This document shows, in pieces, positions 19,665-30,993 of a stretch of DNA of 64,000 bases. The translations under genes were made by a program, and so were the position numbers. A model generated the notes under the pieces. The model was not told where the DNA came from and searched no databases. It was given only the letters and a program-made list of their open reading frames with translations. The first letter of the stretch is position 1; each line of letters opens with the position of its first letter. The stretch lies in contig NZ_JADJNN010000012.1 of assembly GCF_016714285.1 (NCBI RefSeq), forward strand, positions 90,040-154,039, given 5' to 3'. The DNA is from Nannocystis sp. GTDB lineage: Bacteria; Myxococcota_A; Polyangia; Nannocystales; Nannocystaceae.

Positions 19665-20120
19665 ATGCAGCTGACGAACTTCACGGACTACGCGCTGCGG
19701 ACGCTGCTGTATCTGGGGGCCCAGCCGGAGCGGCTGGTGCCGATCGCGGAGGTGAGCGCGGCGTATGGGATCTCGCGGCATCACCTGATGAAGGTGGCGA
19801 GTCTGTTGGCGCGGGCCGGCTTCGTGGCGGCGGTGCGGGGGCGCGGCGGGGGCCTGCAGCTGGCGGGGCCACCCGAAGCGATCACGGTGGGCGCGGTGGT
19901 CCGCGCGTGCGAGCCGAATCTCGACCTGGTCGAGTGCTTCGACGGGGCGCACAACACCTGCCCGATCGCTTCGGTGTGCAAGCTGGCGCGGGTGCTGGAC
20001 GGGGCGCGCGGACAATTCATGGCGGCGCTCGACGCCTGCACGCTGGCCGAGCTGGCCGCGCCCGGGCCGCAGACGCAGAAGCTGCTGCAGATCTGGCGGC
20101 GCAAGGTGGCGGCGGGCTGA
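19665..20120 (+). CDS. nsrR: Rrf2-family transcriptional regulator, NsrR-like (NO-sensing, Fe-S)
   Basis: MQLTNFTDYALRTLLYLG is the Rrf2 wHTH N-terminus, and three Cys at CEPNLDLVECFDGAHNTCPIASVC are cluster ligands. It is divergent from the globin-reductase operon. Confidence 0.8.
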   Translation: MQLTNFTDYALRTLLYLGAQPERLVPIAEVSAAYGISRHHLMKVASLLARAGFVAAVRGRGGGLQLAGPPEAITVGAVVRACEPNLDLVECFDGAHNTCPIASVCKLARVLDGARGQFMAALDACTLAELAAPGPQTQKLLQIWRRKVAAG

Positions 20121-20203
20121 GGTCGGGTTTGCGCGCTATGGTGCTCGCCCCGGTTTTCGCAACAAAGCTGCGGGCGAGGGCGTAGTGCGCTACCTGGTGC
20201 CCC

Positions 20204-21430
20204 ATGCCGACGTTCACGCCGCCCGTCGATCAGATGCTGCCGCGGACCTTGATGCACGCCGCCGTGGGCGGGCCCGAGGGGGTTCGTCGCGAGCTGGCGC
20301 CGGTGCCGGCGTCGGTGCGGGCGCGCGGCGATCGGCCGCTGCGGGTGCTGATCGCGGGCGGGGGCACGGGCGGGCACCTGTTCCCGGGGGTCGCGCTGGC
20401 CGAGGAGGTGCGGGCGCGCGGGGGCGAGGTGCTCTTCGTCGGGACTGCGCGCGGCATCGAGGCGCGGGTGTTGCCGGAGCAGGGCTTCGCGCTGCGCCTG
20501 ATCGACGCCACGGGGATCAAGGGCAGGGGGCTGCGTGGGCTGCTGGCGGGGCTCCTGCGGCTGCCGCGGGCGTGGTGGCAGAGCCTGAAGATCGTGCGTG
20601 AATTTCGCCCGGACGTGGTCGTGGGGGTCGGTGGTTACGCGAGCGGGCCGGTGGTGGCGACGGCGGCGATGCTGCTGCGGCCGACGGCGATCCTCGAGCA
20701 GAACAGCATCCCGGGGATCACGAATCGGATCCTGTCGCGGGTGGTGAAGCGGGTGTTCTGCACCTTCCCGGATCACGGGCGCTTCTTCCCGCGGCGCAAG
20801 GTGGTGCTGACGGGCAACCCGATCCGGCGGCCGATCCTGGCGGCGTTGCAGGCCGCGGGCGAGGTCGGTGCGAGGGCCGAGACGCGGCCGCCGCGGCTGT
20901 TCGTGTTCGGCGGCTCGCAGGGGGCGCGGGCGATCAATGACATGATCGTGGCGGCCACGCCGGCGCTGCTGTCAGCCCTGCCGGGGCTCGAGATCTGGCA
21001 TCAGACCGGGCGCGGGGATCGAGAGCGCGTCGAGGCGGCGTACCACGGGTTCGGGCTGACGGCGCCGCGGGTGCGGGTCGCCGAGTTCCTCACCGACATG
21101 GCGACGCCGTACGCGTGGTGCGACCTGGTCCTGTGTCGCGCCGGTGCGACCTCGCTGGCCGAGCTGGCGGCGGCGGGGCGGCCCGCGGTGCTGGTGCCCT
21201 TCCCGCACGCGACCGACAATCATCAGGAGCACAACGCGCGCGCGCTGGTGGAGGCGAAGGGGGCGGTGCTGCTGCGCGAGGGGGAGTGGAGCGCGGACAG
21301 CCTGGCGGCGGCGATCTGCGGGCTGCTCGGCGACCCGGCCCGGCTGGCGGCGATGCGGACGGCGATGCTGGCGGCGGCCCGTCCGGCGGCGGCGGGGACG
21401 ATCTACGAGCTGCTCGCGGCGCTCGGGTGA
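20204..21430 (+). CDS. murG: undecaprenyldiphospho-muramoylpentapeptide beta-N-acetylglucosaminyltransferase (MurG); start may be downstream of 20204
   Basis: Contains RVLIAGGGTGGHLFPGVALAEE and the C-terminal UDP-GlcNAc-binding region (GGSQGA...VLVPFPHATDNHQEHNA). There is an unusual ~45-aa extension before the G-loop, so alternative starts at ~20255 or ~20326 are possible. Confidence 0.8.
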   Translation: MPTFTPPVDQMLPRTLMHAAVGGPEGVRRELAPVPASVRARGDRPLRVLIAGGGTGGHLFPGVALAEEVRARGGEVLFVGTARGIEARVLPEQGFALRLIDATGIKGRGLRGLLAGLLRLPRAWWQSLKIVREFRPDVVVGVGGYASGPVVATAAMLLRPTAILEQNSIPGITNRILSRVVKRVFCTFPDHGRFFPRRKVVLTGNPIRRPILAALQAAGEVGARAETRPPRLFVFGGSQGARAINDMIVAATPALLSALPGLEIWHQTGRGDRERVEAAYHGFGLTAPRVRVAEFLTDMATPYAWCDLVLCRAGATSLAELAAAGRPAVLVPFPHATDNHQEHNARALVEAKGAVLLREGEWSADSLAAAICGLLGDPARLAAMRTAMLAAARPAAAGTIYELLAALG

Positions 21431-21561
21431 TCGCGGTTCTGTGAGTCGCGCTGGATCTGCAGTGGGCCGCGTGTGGGCCGTGTGCGGGCCAGTGCGCAAA
21501 CTCTGGTTGCGCGCCGGGGAGGCGGATCGGGGCCGGCTGATACAGTCACGCCGCGATCGCC

Positions 21562-24486
<2,925 letters not shown>

Positions 24487-24613
24487 GCGGCGCGGGGCTC
24501 ATCACGGCGCGCGCATCCGCGTCGGCGACGTGGCGCTGCTGGACTGCGAGGCCGGTCGGCTGAGACCGGCCTGGGCGTGAGCCGGAGGTGGCGGGCTTCC
24601 GCTATCCTCGGCT

Positions 24614-26550
24614 GTGATGGTGCGTGGCGTGTTCATGGCGATCGTGCTGCTCGGCTGCGGCGGGGAGCCGGCCGCGATCGCGGGCTCCGAGTCGAGCTCG
24701 GGTGGGGGATCGTCGGAGACCGGGGACATCGTGATCGCGGGGCCTCGCATCGAGCGCTCCACGGCGAGCAGCGTGCCGGGCGGCAGCGTGTTCGTGCAGA
24801 CGGACGAGCCGATCGCGGAGGTGGAGCTGCGGGTCGATGGGGTGCGCTTGCCGGAGCCGCCGATCGTCGCGGCGGGCGGGGCGGGTGACCGCTACGGGGG
24901 GCTGTTCGCGCTGCCGGCCGAGCTGGGGGTCGGCGAGTACGCGCTGGCTGTGCGCTCGCGGGGCGGGGCGGCCGACAGCCATCAGGTCGCGCTGGCGATC
25001 GTGACGCCGAGCTTCGTCGACGTCGCGGCGGCGACCGGGCTGCTGCAGGTGCACGATGTCAGCGGGCACCCGGAGGGCTGCGCGTGGAGCTCGACGGGCC
25101 TCGGCTTCGCGGACATCGACGGCGACGGGGACAGCGACTTCTACGTCGGCAACGTCGGCCGCGCGGGCCGGATGATGCGCAACGACGGCGACCAGGACGG
25201 CGACGGGCTGCCCGACTTCACCGAGGTGACGGAGGCGCTGGGGCTGGCGGGGATCGACAACGTGTCGGCGGTGAGCTTCGTCGACCACGACAACGACGGC
25301 GACCGCGACCTGCTGGTCGGGCGCCGCGGGGCGAACGTGCTGCTGAATAACGAGTGGATCGAGACGGGAGCGCCGGGCTTCGTCGACATCACGGCGAGCG
25401 CGGGCCTGGGGGCCGACGCGCAGCGGACGATGGGGGCGGCGTGGGGCGACTACGACGGCGACGGCGACCTCGACCTGTACGTGGTCAACCACGCGTGGTG
25501 CTTCCCGCGCGAGGGCAGCGAGCTGCGGGCGCAGGACCACCTGTATCGCAACGACGACGGGGCCTTCGTGGAGGTGAGCGCGCAGCTGGATGTCAGCGCT
25601 GACTCGCCGCTGCACTCGCTCGGCTTCTCGGCGGTGTGGATCGACCACGACCGCGACGGCGACCAGGACCTGATCGTGATCAATGATCACATCGCGGGGC
25701 TCGGCGGAGCGAACGCGCTGTGGCGCAACGACGGCCCGGGCGACGCGCCGGGGGCGTGGCGCTTCACCAGCGTGGGCGCGGCGGCGGGCGTGGCGATCGC
25801 GGCGGACAGCAGCGGCGAGGGGGCCAATGGGATGGGGCTGGCGGTCGGCGACGTCGACCGCGACGGCTTCCCGGACCTGGCCTTCTCCAACATCGGCCCG
25901 AACTACCTCCTGCTGAACAATGGCGACGGCAGCTTCCGCGACGCGTCGGCGGCGACGGGGATGCGCCGCGGGCTGCTGGCGTGGCAGCGGCGATCGATCA
26001 CCTGGGCGGTGCACCTCTTCGATCACGACAACGACGCCGACCTCGACCTGTACTTCGCCGGCGGGCCGATCCACGACGACGAGCCGATCCCGGACGCGCT
26101 GCTGCGCAACGAGGGGGCGATGTTCGTCGACGTGACCTGGGAAGCGGGGCTGCAGGAGCTCGGCTCGGGCAAGGGCTCGGCGCTGGTCGACCTCGACGGC
26201 GACGGCTGGCTCGACCTGGCGACGGCGCACTGGGCCCGACCGCTGCGCGTGTACCACAACCGCCGCCCGGGGCCGGCGCACCACTGGCTCGGCGTCGATC
26301 TCGTCGGCACCAGCTCGAACCGCGACGCGCTCGGCAGCGTGGTCGTGCTGGCGACCGCGGACGGACCCGCCAGACCTGCTTTCACACCCAGAGCCCGGCG
26401 CTCGGGGCCGGCGGCGAGCTCGGCTGTCACTTCGGGCTCGGGCCGGCGACGGCGATCGCGGAGCTGACGGTGACCTGGCCGAACGGACAGGTGCAGGAGC
26501 TCGCGCCGCCGGCGGTCGATCAGCGGCTGCGCGTGGTCCAGGCGCCGTGA
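24614..26550 (+). pseudogene. FG-GAP/VCBS-repeat lipoprotein of the CRTAC1/ASPIC-UnbV family; apparent 1-nt deletion frameshift at ~26366..26368
   Basis: The signal/lipobox is MAIVLLGCGG. Many DxDGDGxxD FG-GAP repeats follow. The frame breaks at GTSSNRDALGSVVVLATADGP and the UnbV_ASPIC C-terminus (RQTCFHTQSPALGAGGELGCHFGLGPATAIAELTVTWPNGQVQELAP) continues in the -1 frame after a CCC run. Confidence 0.75.
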
Positions 26551-26587
26551 GGCCGTGAGTCCGGGAGCCTGAGCCGGCGCCAGGCCG

Positions 26588-27412
26588 TCAGGGCGAGGCG
26601 AGGAACTCGACGAAGAGGGCGGTGATGTTGTCCTCGCCGCCGCAGGCGTTGGCGTGGCGGATCGCGGCGGGGGCGGCCTCGCGGAGGTCGAGCTGGAACA
26701 GGTCGACGAGGGTGTCGGCGGCGTCGAGGTAGGCGTGCAGGCCGTCGGAGCAGAGCAGGAGGCGGTCGCCGATCTGGACGGGGACGGCGAGGATGTCGAC
26801 CTCGACGTGGTCGCGCAGGCCGACGGCGCGGGTGATCATCTGCTTGCCGGTGATGCTCTTGCGCTTGGCCTGCTCGGGGGTCATGGCGCCCTGCTTGACC
26901 TGCACGTTGAGCCAGGTGTGATCCTCGGTGAGCTGGGAGACCTGGCCGTCGCGCGCGAGGTAGACGCGCGAGTCGCCGACCTGGCCGACGACGACGAGCT
27001 CGTCGGCGACGAGCACGACCGAGGCGGTGGTGCTCATGCCGCGCTGCGAGGGGTCGACCTCACCCATGCCGTGGACCATGTAGCAGGCGTTCTGGACGGC
27101 GCCGCGGACCAGCGCGCCGAGCCGGCCGACGGCCTCGGCGGGCATGGTCACAGGGCGGTCGGGGGCGCCGACGACTCGCATGACGCTGCGGGTCTGGGCC
27201 TCGGCGATCGCGGCCTGGACGACGTGGGCCTGGGCCTTCACCCAGTCCCAGATGAGCTCGACGGTCTCCTCGCTGGCGACCTCGCCGCGGGCCTGGCCGC
27301 CGACGCCGTCGCAGACGATGAAGAGGCCGAGGCGCTCGTCGGCCAGCCAGGCGTCCTCGTTGTGCCGGCGACGACGGCCCGTGTCGGTGTAGCCGAAGTG
27401 GCGCGTGCGCAT
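26588..27412 (-). CDS. PP2C-family Ser/Thr protein phosphatase
   Basis: MRTRHFGYTDTGRRRRHNEDAWL...LFIVCDGVGG...ALVLVADGVGG-type motifs, and GGEDNITALFV at the C-terminus. Confidence 0.85.
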   Translation of the reverse strand: MRTRHFGYTDTGRRRRHNEDAWLADERLGLFIVCDGVGGQARGEVASEETVELIWDWVKAQAHVVQAAIAEAQTRSVMRVVGAPDRPVTMPAEAVGRLGALVRGAVQNACYMVHGMGEVDPSQRGMSTTASVVLVADELVVVGQVGDSRVYLARDGQVSQLTEDHTWLNVQVKQGAMTPEQAKRKSITGKQMITRAVGLRDHVEVDILAVPVQIGDRLLLCSDGLHAYLDAADTLVDLFQLDLREAAPAAIRHANACGGEDNITALFVEFLASP

Positions 27413-27571
27413 CGCCGCGCGACGATATCATTGCGCGCGCGAAGCCGGTAGCGGGGCCAGGCGGGGTCTGGTGTGGGCGTGTGGGCAACTGCGGGGGCGC
27501 AGGGGCGGGCGTGGGCGCGCGAAGTTCCCGAGAACCAGCGCGCGGCCGGAGCGTAGGGTGGATCGCGCACC

Positions 27572-28201
27572 ATGATTGCACACGCTCTGTCTCGGTCCTC
27601 CGTCGCGCTCTTGTTGGGCTGTCTGATCGCTTGTGGGCCGGGCTCACCGGACGCGAGCACGGGTGGGAGCACGGGCGGGAGCACCGGGGCGAGTGGTCCG
27701 GCGGGGACCAGCGAGCCGACGACAGGGGCGGCGACGGGGGGCGCGACGACGGGCGGTGGAGCGTCGTCGTCGACGGCGGCGGAGAGCAGCACAAGCACGG
27801 GCACGGGCGAGGTGACGACGGCGGCCAGCGCGACCGACAGCGGGGGCACCACGGAGCTCGGGCCCTGTGTCGTCGATCCGGCGCAGGACGTCTGCTCCGA
27901 TGCCTGCGACGTCAGCGACTGCTGTCAGTGTGTGCCGCAGAAGCTGGCGCCCGATCCGGGGGCGGTCGACTGCAAGATCGCGGCAGGCATCGTGACCGCG
28001 GTGTGCCCGTGGAGCATCACCAGCGTCCGGATCGACGGCGTGTGGGTCGAGCAGGATGTCTGCGAGGGGCCGGGATCGGGCTGGACGCAGACGCCCGAGA
28101 GCGGCGACATCGTCGTCGAGCTGTGCGGCGACGCCTGCACGACCTACCTCGCCGGGGACTTCGCGGAGCTCGAGATCTACGTGTTCTGCGAGGTCGCGTA
28201 G
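27572..28201 (+). CDS. lipoprotein with Thr/Gly/Ser-rich linker and Cys-rich C-terminal domain
   Basis: MIAHALSRSSVALLLGCLIACG has the LIAC lipobox, followed by a low-complexity linker. The C-terminal domain has about 12 Cys. Confidence 0.6.
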   Translation: MIAHALSRSSVALLLGCLIACGPGSPDASTGGSTGGSTGASGPAGTSEPTTGAATGGATTGGGASSSTAAESSTSTGTGEVTTAASATDSGGTTELGPCVVDPAQDVCSDACDVSDCCQCVPQKLAPDPGAVDCKIAAGIVTAVCPWSITSVRIDGVWVEQDVCEGPGSGWTQTPESGDIVVELCGDACTTYLAGDFAELEIYVFCEVA

Positions 28202-28275
28202 CGGAGCTCGAGATCCACGGGTTCCAGGCCGCCAGGCGGAGCTCGAGATCGACGGGTTCTGCGAGGTCGCCTAGC
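28163..28275. repeat. three tandem ~37-bp copies (GCGGAGCTCGAGATCnACGnGTTCnGCGAGGTCGC) duplicating the 3' end plus stop of the lipoprotein gene
   Basis: Copy 1 encodes the C-terminus AELEIYVFCEVA* of the 27572..28201 gene. Copies 2 and 3 follow it and overlap the convergent rluA stop. Confidence 0.6.
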
Positions 28276-29200
28276 GCAGCTCGGGCGGGGTCTCGGCGAG
28301 CACGGGCGCGGCGTCGGGGTCGATCGCGCGGAGATCGAGGCTGTGGGCGTGGAGGTGGAGGCGGTGGGCCGGGGCGCCGCCGTAGAGCGGGTCGCCGACG
28401 ATCGGGAGGCCGAGCCAGGCGAGGTGGACGCGGGCCTGGTGCCGCCGGCCGCTGCACAGCTCGAGGGTGACGCGCGCGAGGCCCTCGCCGCGGGGCTCCG
28501 GGCGGGCGATGCGGGTGAGGCTGGGGGCGCCGTCGCTGTGCACGCTGACGCGCTGGCGGCGATCGCCGGTCGCGAGCGGGGCGTGGACCTCGAGGCGGTC
28601 GCCGTCGGGGACGATCCAGCGGGCGGCGGGTGGCGGCCATGGCTGGCCTTCGGGACATGTCACGAGGGCCAGGTAGTGCTTGACCACGGTGCGGGCGGCG
28701 AAGGCGGCGCGGCCGGCCGCGTGGGTGGCGAGGTCGCGGGCGAAGGCGAGGACGCCGGAGGTGGCGTGGTCGAGGCGGTGCAGCGCGCCGGCCTCGCGCG
28801 GGTCGGGGCTGGCGGCGGCGCACTCGGGGAAGGCGGCGGCGACGAGGTCTGCGAGGGCGAGCGGATCGCCCGGGCGCAGGCGGTGGGTGTGCAGCCCGGC
28901 GGGCTTGTCGACGAAGACGAGGCGCGGAGTGACGGCGAGGATCACGAGCGGCGGGGGCGGGAGCTCGGGGGTCGCGGGGAGGCGCAGCTCGAGGCGGGCG
29001 CCGGCGCGGACGCGCTGCGAGGGCGGGGCCGGGCGGCCGTCGATGTGCAGGTGACCGGCGAGGGCGAGGGCCCGGGCGACGCGGCGCGAGAGCTGCGGGG
29101 CGCGCAGGCCGAGGACGACGTCGGCGCGCTTGCCCTCGTCGTCGGCGCTGGCGTGGACGACGAGCGGGGCGCGGGAGCGTGGGGCGGGCGCAGCGGTCAT
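28271..29200 (-). CDS. RluA-family pseudouridine synthase
   Basis: 309 aa with an S4-like N-terminus, HRLDHATSGVL (the catalytic Asp motif) and the conserved C-terminal region. Its ATG overlaps the upstream gene's stop (ATGA). Confidence 0.85.
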   Translation of the reverse strand: MTAAPAPRSRAPLVVHASADDEGKRADVVLGLRAPQLSRRVARALALAGHLHIDGRPAPPSQRVRAGARLELRLPATPELPPPPLVILAVTPRLVFVDKPAGLHTHRLRPGDPLALADLVAAAFPECAAASPDPREAGALHRLDHATSGVLAFARDLATHAAGRAAFAARTVVKHYLALVTCPEGQPWPPPAARWIVPDGDRLEVHAPLATGDRRQRVSVHSDGAPSLTRIARPEPRGEGLARVTLELCSGRRHQARVHLAWLGLPIVGDPLYGGAPAHRLHLHAHSLDLRAIDPDAAPVLAETPPELR

Positions 29201-29685
29201 GGCGGTGTACGCGGTCCGCGGGTGCGGTGGAGGGTGCTCTCGTGGCCGATCCAGCCGCCGCGGGGGTCGGGGCCGGCGACCTCGATGTGGAGGGCGTCGC
29301 CGTCGCGGCGGTAGTGGAGCTGCTGCGGGAAGTCGTGGTTCGGGTTGGCGAAGCGCAGCTCGTCGGGGCCGCAGTGATCGAGCTGGAATTCGACGGGTGG
29401 GCCGCCGCGGGGCTGGGCGATCAGGACGAGGTTGTGGGCGCGGGCCTCGATGCGCAGGAACTCGAAGAACTCGGTGCGGGCGCCGACGATGGTGCGGCCG
29501 AGGCCGAGCATGGTGCCGGCGGCGGGCTCGCTCCACTGCTCCTCGCTGCGATGCTCGCCGTCGCGGTGCTGCCAGGCGCCGGCGAGGAAGCCGGCGTCGG
29601 TGATGTCGCCGGTGCAGGTGCGAGGGGCCGCGGGGACGCCCGGGTGGCAGGCGAGCAGCAGCGCGATCGGTGCGAGGCGGCGCAT
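29197..29685 (-). CDS. hypothetical lipoprotein
   Basis: MRRLAPIALLLACHPG is a signal peptide with a lipobox. 162 aa. It is packed tightly between moeA and rluA in the same orientation. Confidence 0.55.
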   Translation of the reverse strand: MRRLAPIALLLACHPGVPAAPRTCTGDITDAGFLAGAWQHRDGEHRSEEQWSEPAAGTMLGLGRTIVGARTEFFEFLRIEARAHNLVLIAQPRGGPPVEFQLDHCGPDELRFANPNHDFPQQLHYRRDGDALHIEVAGPDPRGGWIGHESTLHRTRGPRTPP

Positions 29686-29689
29686 CGGA

Positions 29690-30913
29690 CTACAGCAGCA
29701 GGGCGGGGACGATCGCGCCGGCTGCGAGTGGACCTGTCCCGGGGGACAGCTCGAGCAGGGCGTTGTGACCGGCGATCGATCGCAGGTCGCCGGAGGTCTG
29801 GTCGGCGAGCGGGGTGGCACGCTCGCCGTCGACGACGGCGCGGACCATGTGCACGCGCCGCGGGTCGCGGGGCGCGGGGGCCGTGAGCACGACTTGCCGC
29901 GTGGGCCGGAAGCACTGGGTGTGACCGAGCAGGCGGCGCAGGGCGGGGCGCACCAGCAGCTCGAAGCCGACGTGGGCGCTGGCCGGGTTGCCGGGCAGGG
30001 CGAACACGAGGACCGGGCCGGCGGGGCCGGGGGCGCGCAGCAGGGTGCTCGGTCGGCCGGGGCGCAGGCGCAGGCGCCGGAACACGAGCTCGGCGCCGAG
30101 GCCGATGAGGGTGGGCAGCACGAGGTCGTGGTCGCCGACGGAGATGCCGCCGCAGGTGACGAGGAGGTCGGCCGCGAGGCCGCGCTCGAGGGCCGCGTGG
30201 AGGGCGTCGGGCTCGTCGCCGGCGACGCCGAGGTCGAGGATCTCCGCCCCGGCCTCGCGAGCCTGCCAGGCGAGCATGAGGCCGTTGCTGCTGACGACCT
30301 GGCCGCGCTGCGGCCAGGCGCCGACGGGCACGAGTTCGTCGCCAGTACACAGGATCGCCACACGCGGCGGGCGGTGGACGTGGGCGGTGGTGTGACCGCA
30401 GCCGGCGAGCAGGCCGAGCTCGCCGGGGCCGAGCACGGTGCCTGCAGGGAGCAACGCGGCGCCGGCGGTGACGTCGCAGCCGGCACGGCGGACGAAGTGG
30501 CCGGGCTGCGGATCGCCGACGAGGTCGCGGTCGATCTCGAGGTGCTCGCCGTGCAGCTCGCAGTCCTCCTGGGCGACGACCATGTCGGCGCCGTCCGGGA
30601 GCAGGGCGCCGGTGGAGATCCGCAGGGCCTCGCCGGCGACGAGCGGGTGCTCGTGCGGATGACCCGCGGCGCTCTCGCCCCGTCGGCGCAGGCGAATGCG
30701 CGGCGAGGCGCTGGCCCGCAGGTCGGCGGCGCGGACGGCCCAGCCGTCCATGGTCGCCAGATCGGCGCCGGGCAGGTCCCAGCGGGCCTGCGGTGCGTCG
30801 GCGAGGACGAGGCCGTGGGCCGCGTCGAGCGGGCAGGCGATCGGCGGGAGCGGCTGCACGTGCGCGAGGACCTCGCGCTGGGCGGCGGCGATGTCGAGCT
30901 CGCCGGTGATCAC
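29690..30913 (-). CDS. moeA: molybdopterin molybdotransferase MoeA
   Basis: 407 aa with an MoeA N-domain, the MoCF biosynthesis domain (GGVSVGDHD) and the C-terminal domain. It has a GTG start with GGAGG 6 nt upstream. Confidence 0.85.
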   Translation of the reverse strand: MITGELDIAAAQREVLAHVQPLPPIACPLDAAHGLVLADAPQARWDLPGADLATMDGWAVRAADLRASASPRIRLRRRGESAAGHPHEHPLVAGEALRISTGALLPDGADMVVAQEDCELHGEHLEIDRDLVGDPQPGHFVRRAGCDVTAGAALLPAGTVLGPGELGLLAGCGHTTAHVHRPPRVAILCTGDELVPVGAWPQRGQVVSSNGLMLAWQAREAGAEILDLGVAGDEPDALHAALERGLAADLLVTCGGISVGDHDLVLPTLIGLGAELVFRRLRLRPGRPSTLLRAPGPAGPVLVFALPGNPASAHVGFELLVRPALRRLLGHTQCFRPTRQVVLTAPAPRDPRRVHMVRAVVDGERATPLADQTSGDLRSIAGHNALLELSPGTGPLAAGAIVPALLL

Positions 30914-30993
30914 GTGCGGTCCTCCGGTGGGTGTCGGGCGCAGTGCTCGAAGGCTCGGCGGTGGCGCTCCGCGTGCGGCTCGCCGGTGATCAC
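30910..30993 (-). other. 27-codon upstream ORF created by a 28-bp duplication of the moeA RBS+start; GTGA-overlapped with both the mltD stop and the moeA start
   Basis: GGAGGACGGCAAGTGATCACCGGCGAGC (end of mltD) is repeated as CCGGAGGACCGCACGTGATCACCGGCGAGC at the moeA start. The upstream copy opens an ORF, VITGEPHAERHRRAFEHCARHPPEDRT*. Its TGA overlaps the moeA GTG. Confidence 0.25.

Noticed and set aside
19599-20185. Alternative ORFs overlapping nsrR (19601..20185 +, 19599..20015 -)
   Set aside because: The Rrf2 homology is confined to the 19665 frame. The others are Gly/Arg-rich frame artefacts.
21431-21561. Possible glycine riboswitch in the gcvP leader (CTCTGG...GGGGAGGCGGA)
   Set aside because: Only weak resemblance to the aptamer. 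The conserved ACCGAAGG/GGAGAG elements are lacking, and the region is too short for a tandem aptamer. A GTGGGCCG-type direct repeat there looks more like a terminator or stem for murG.
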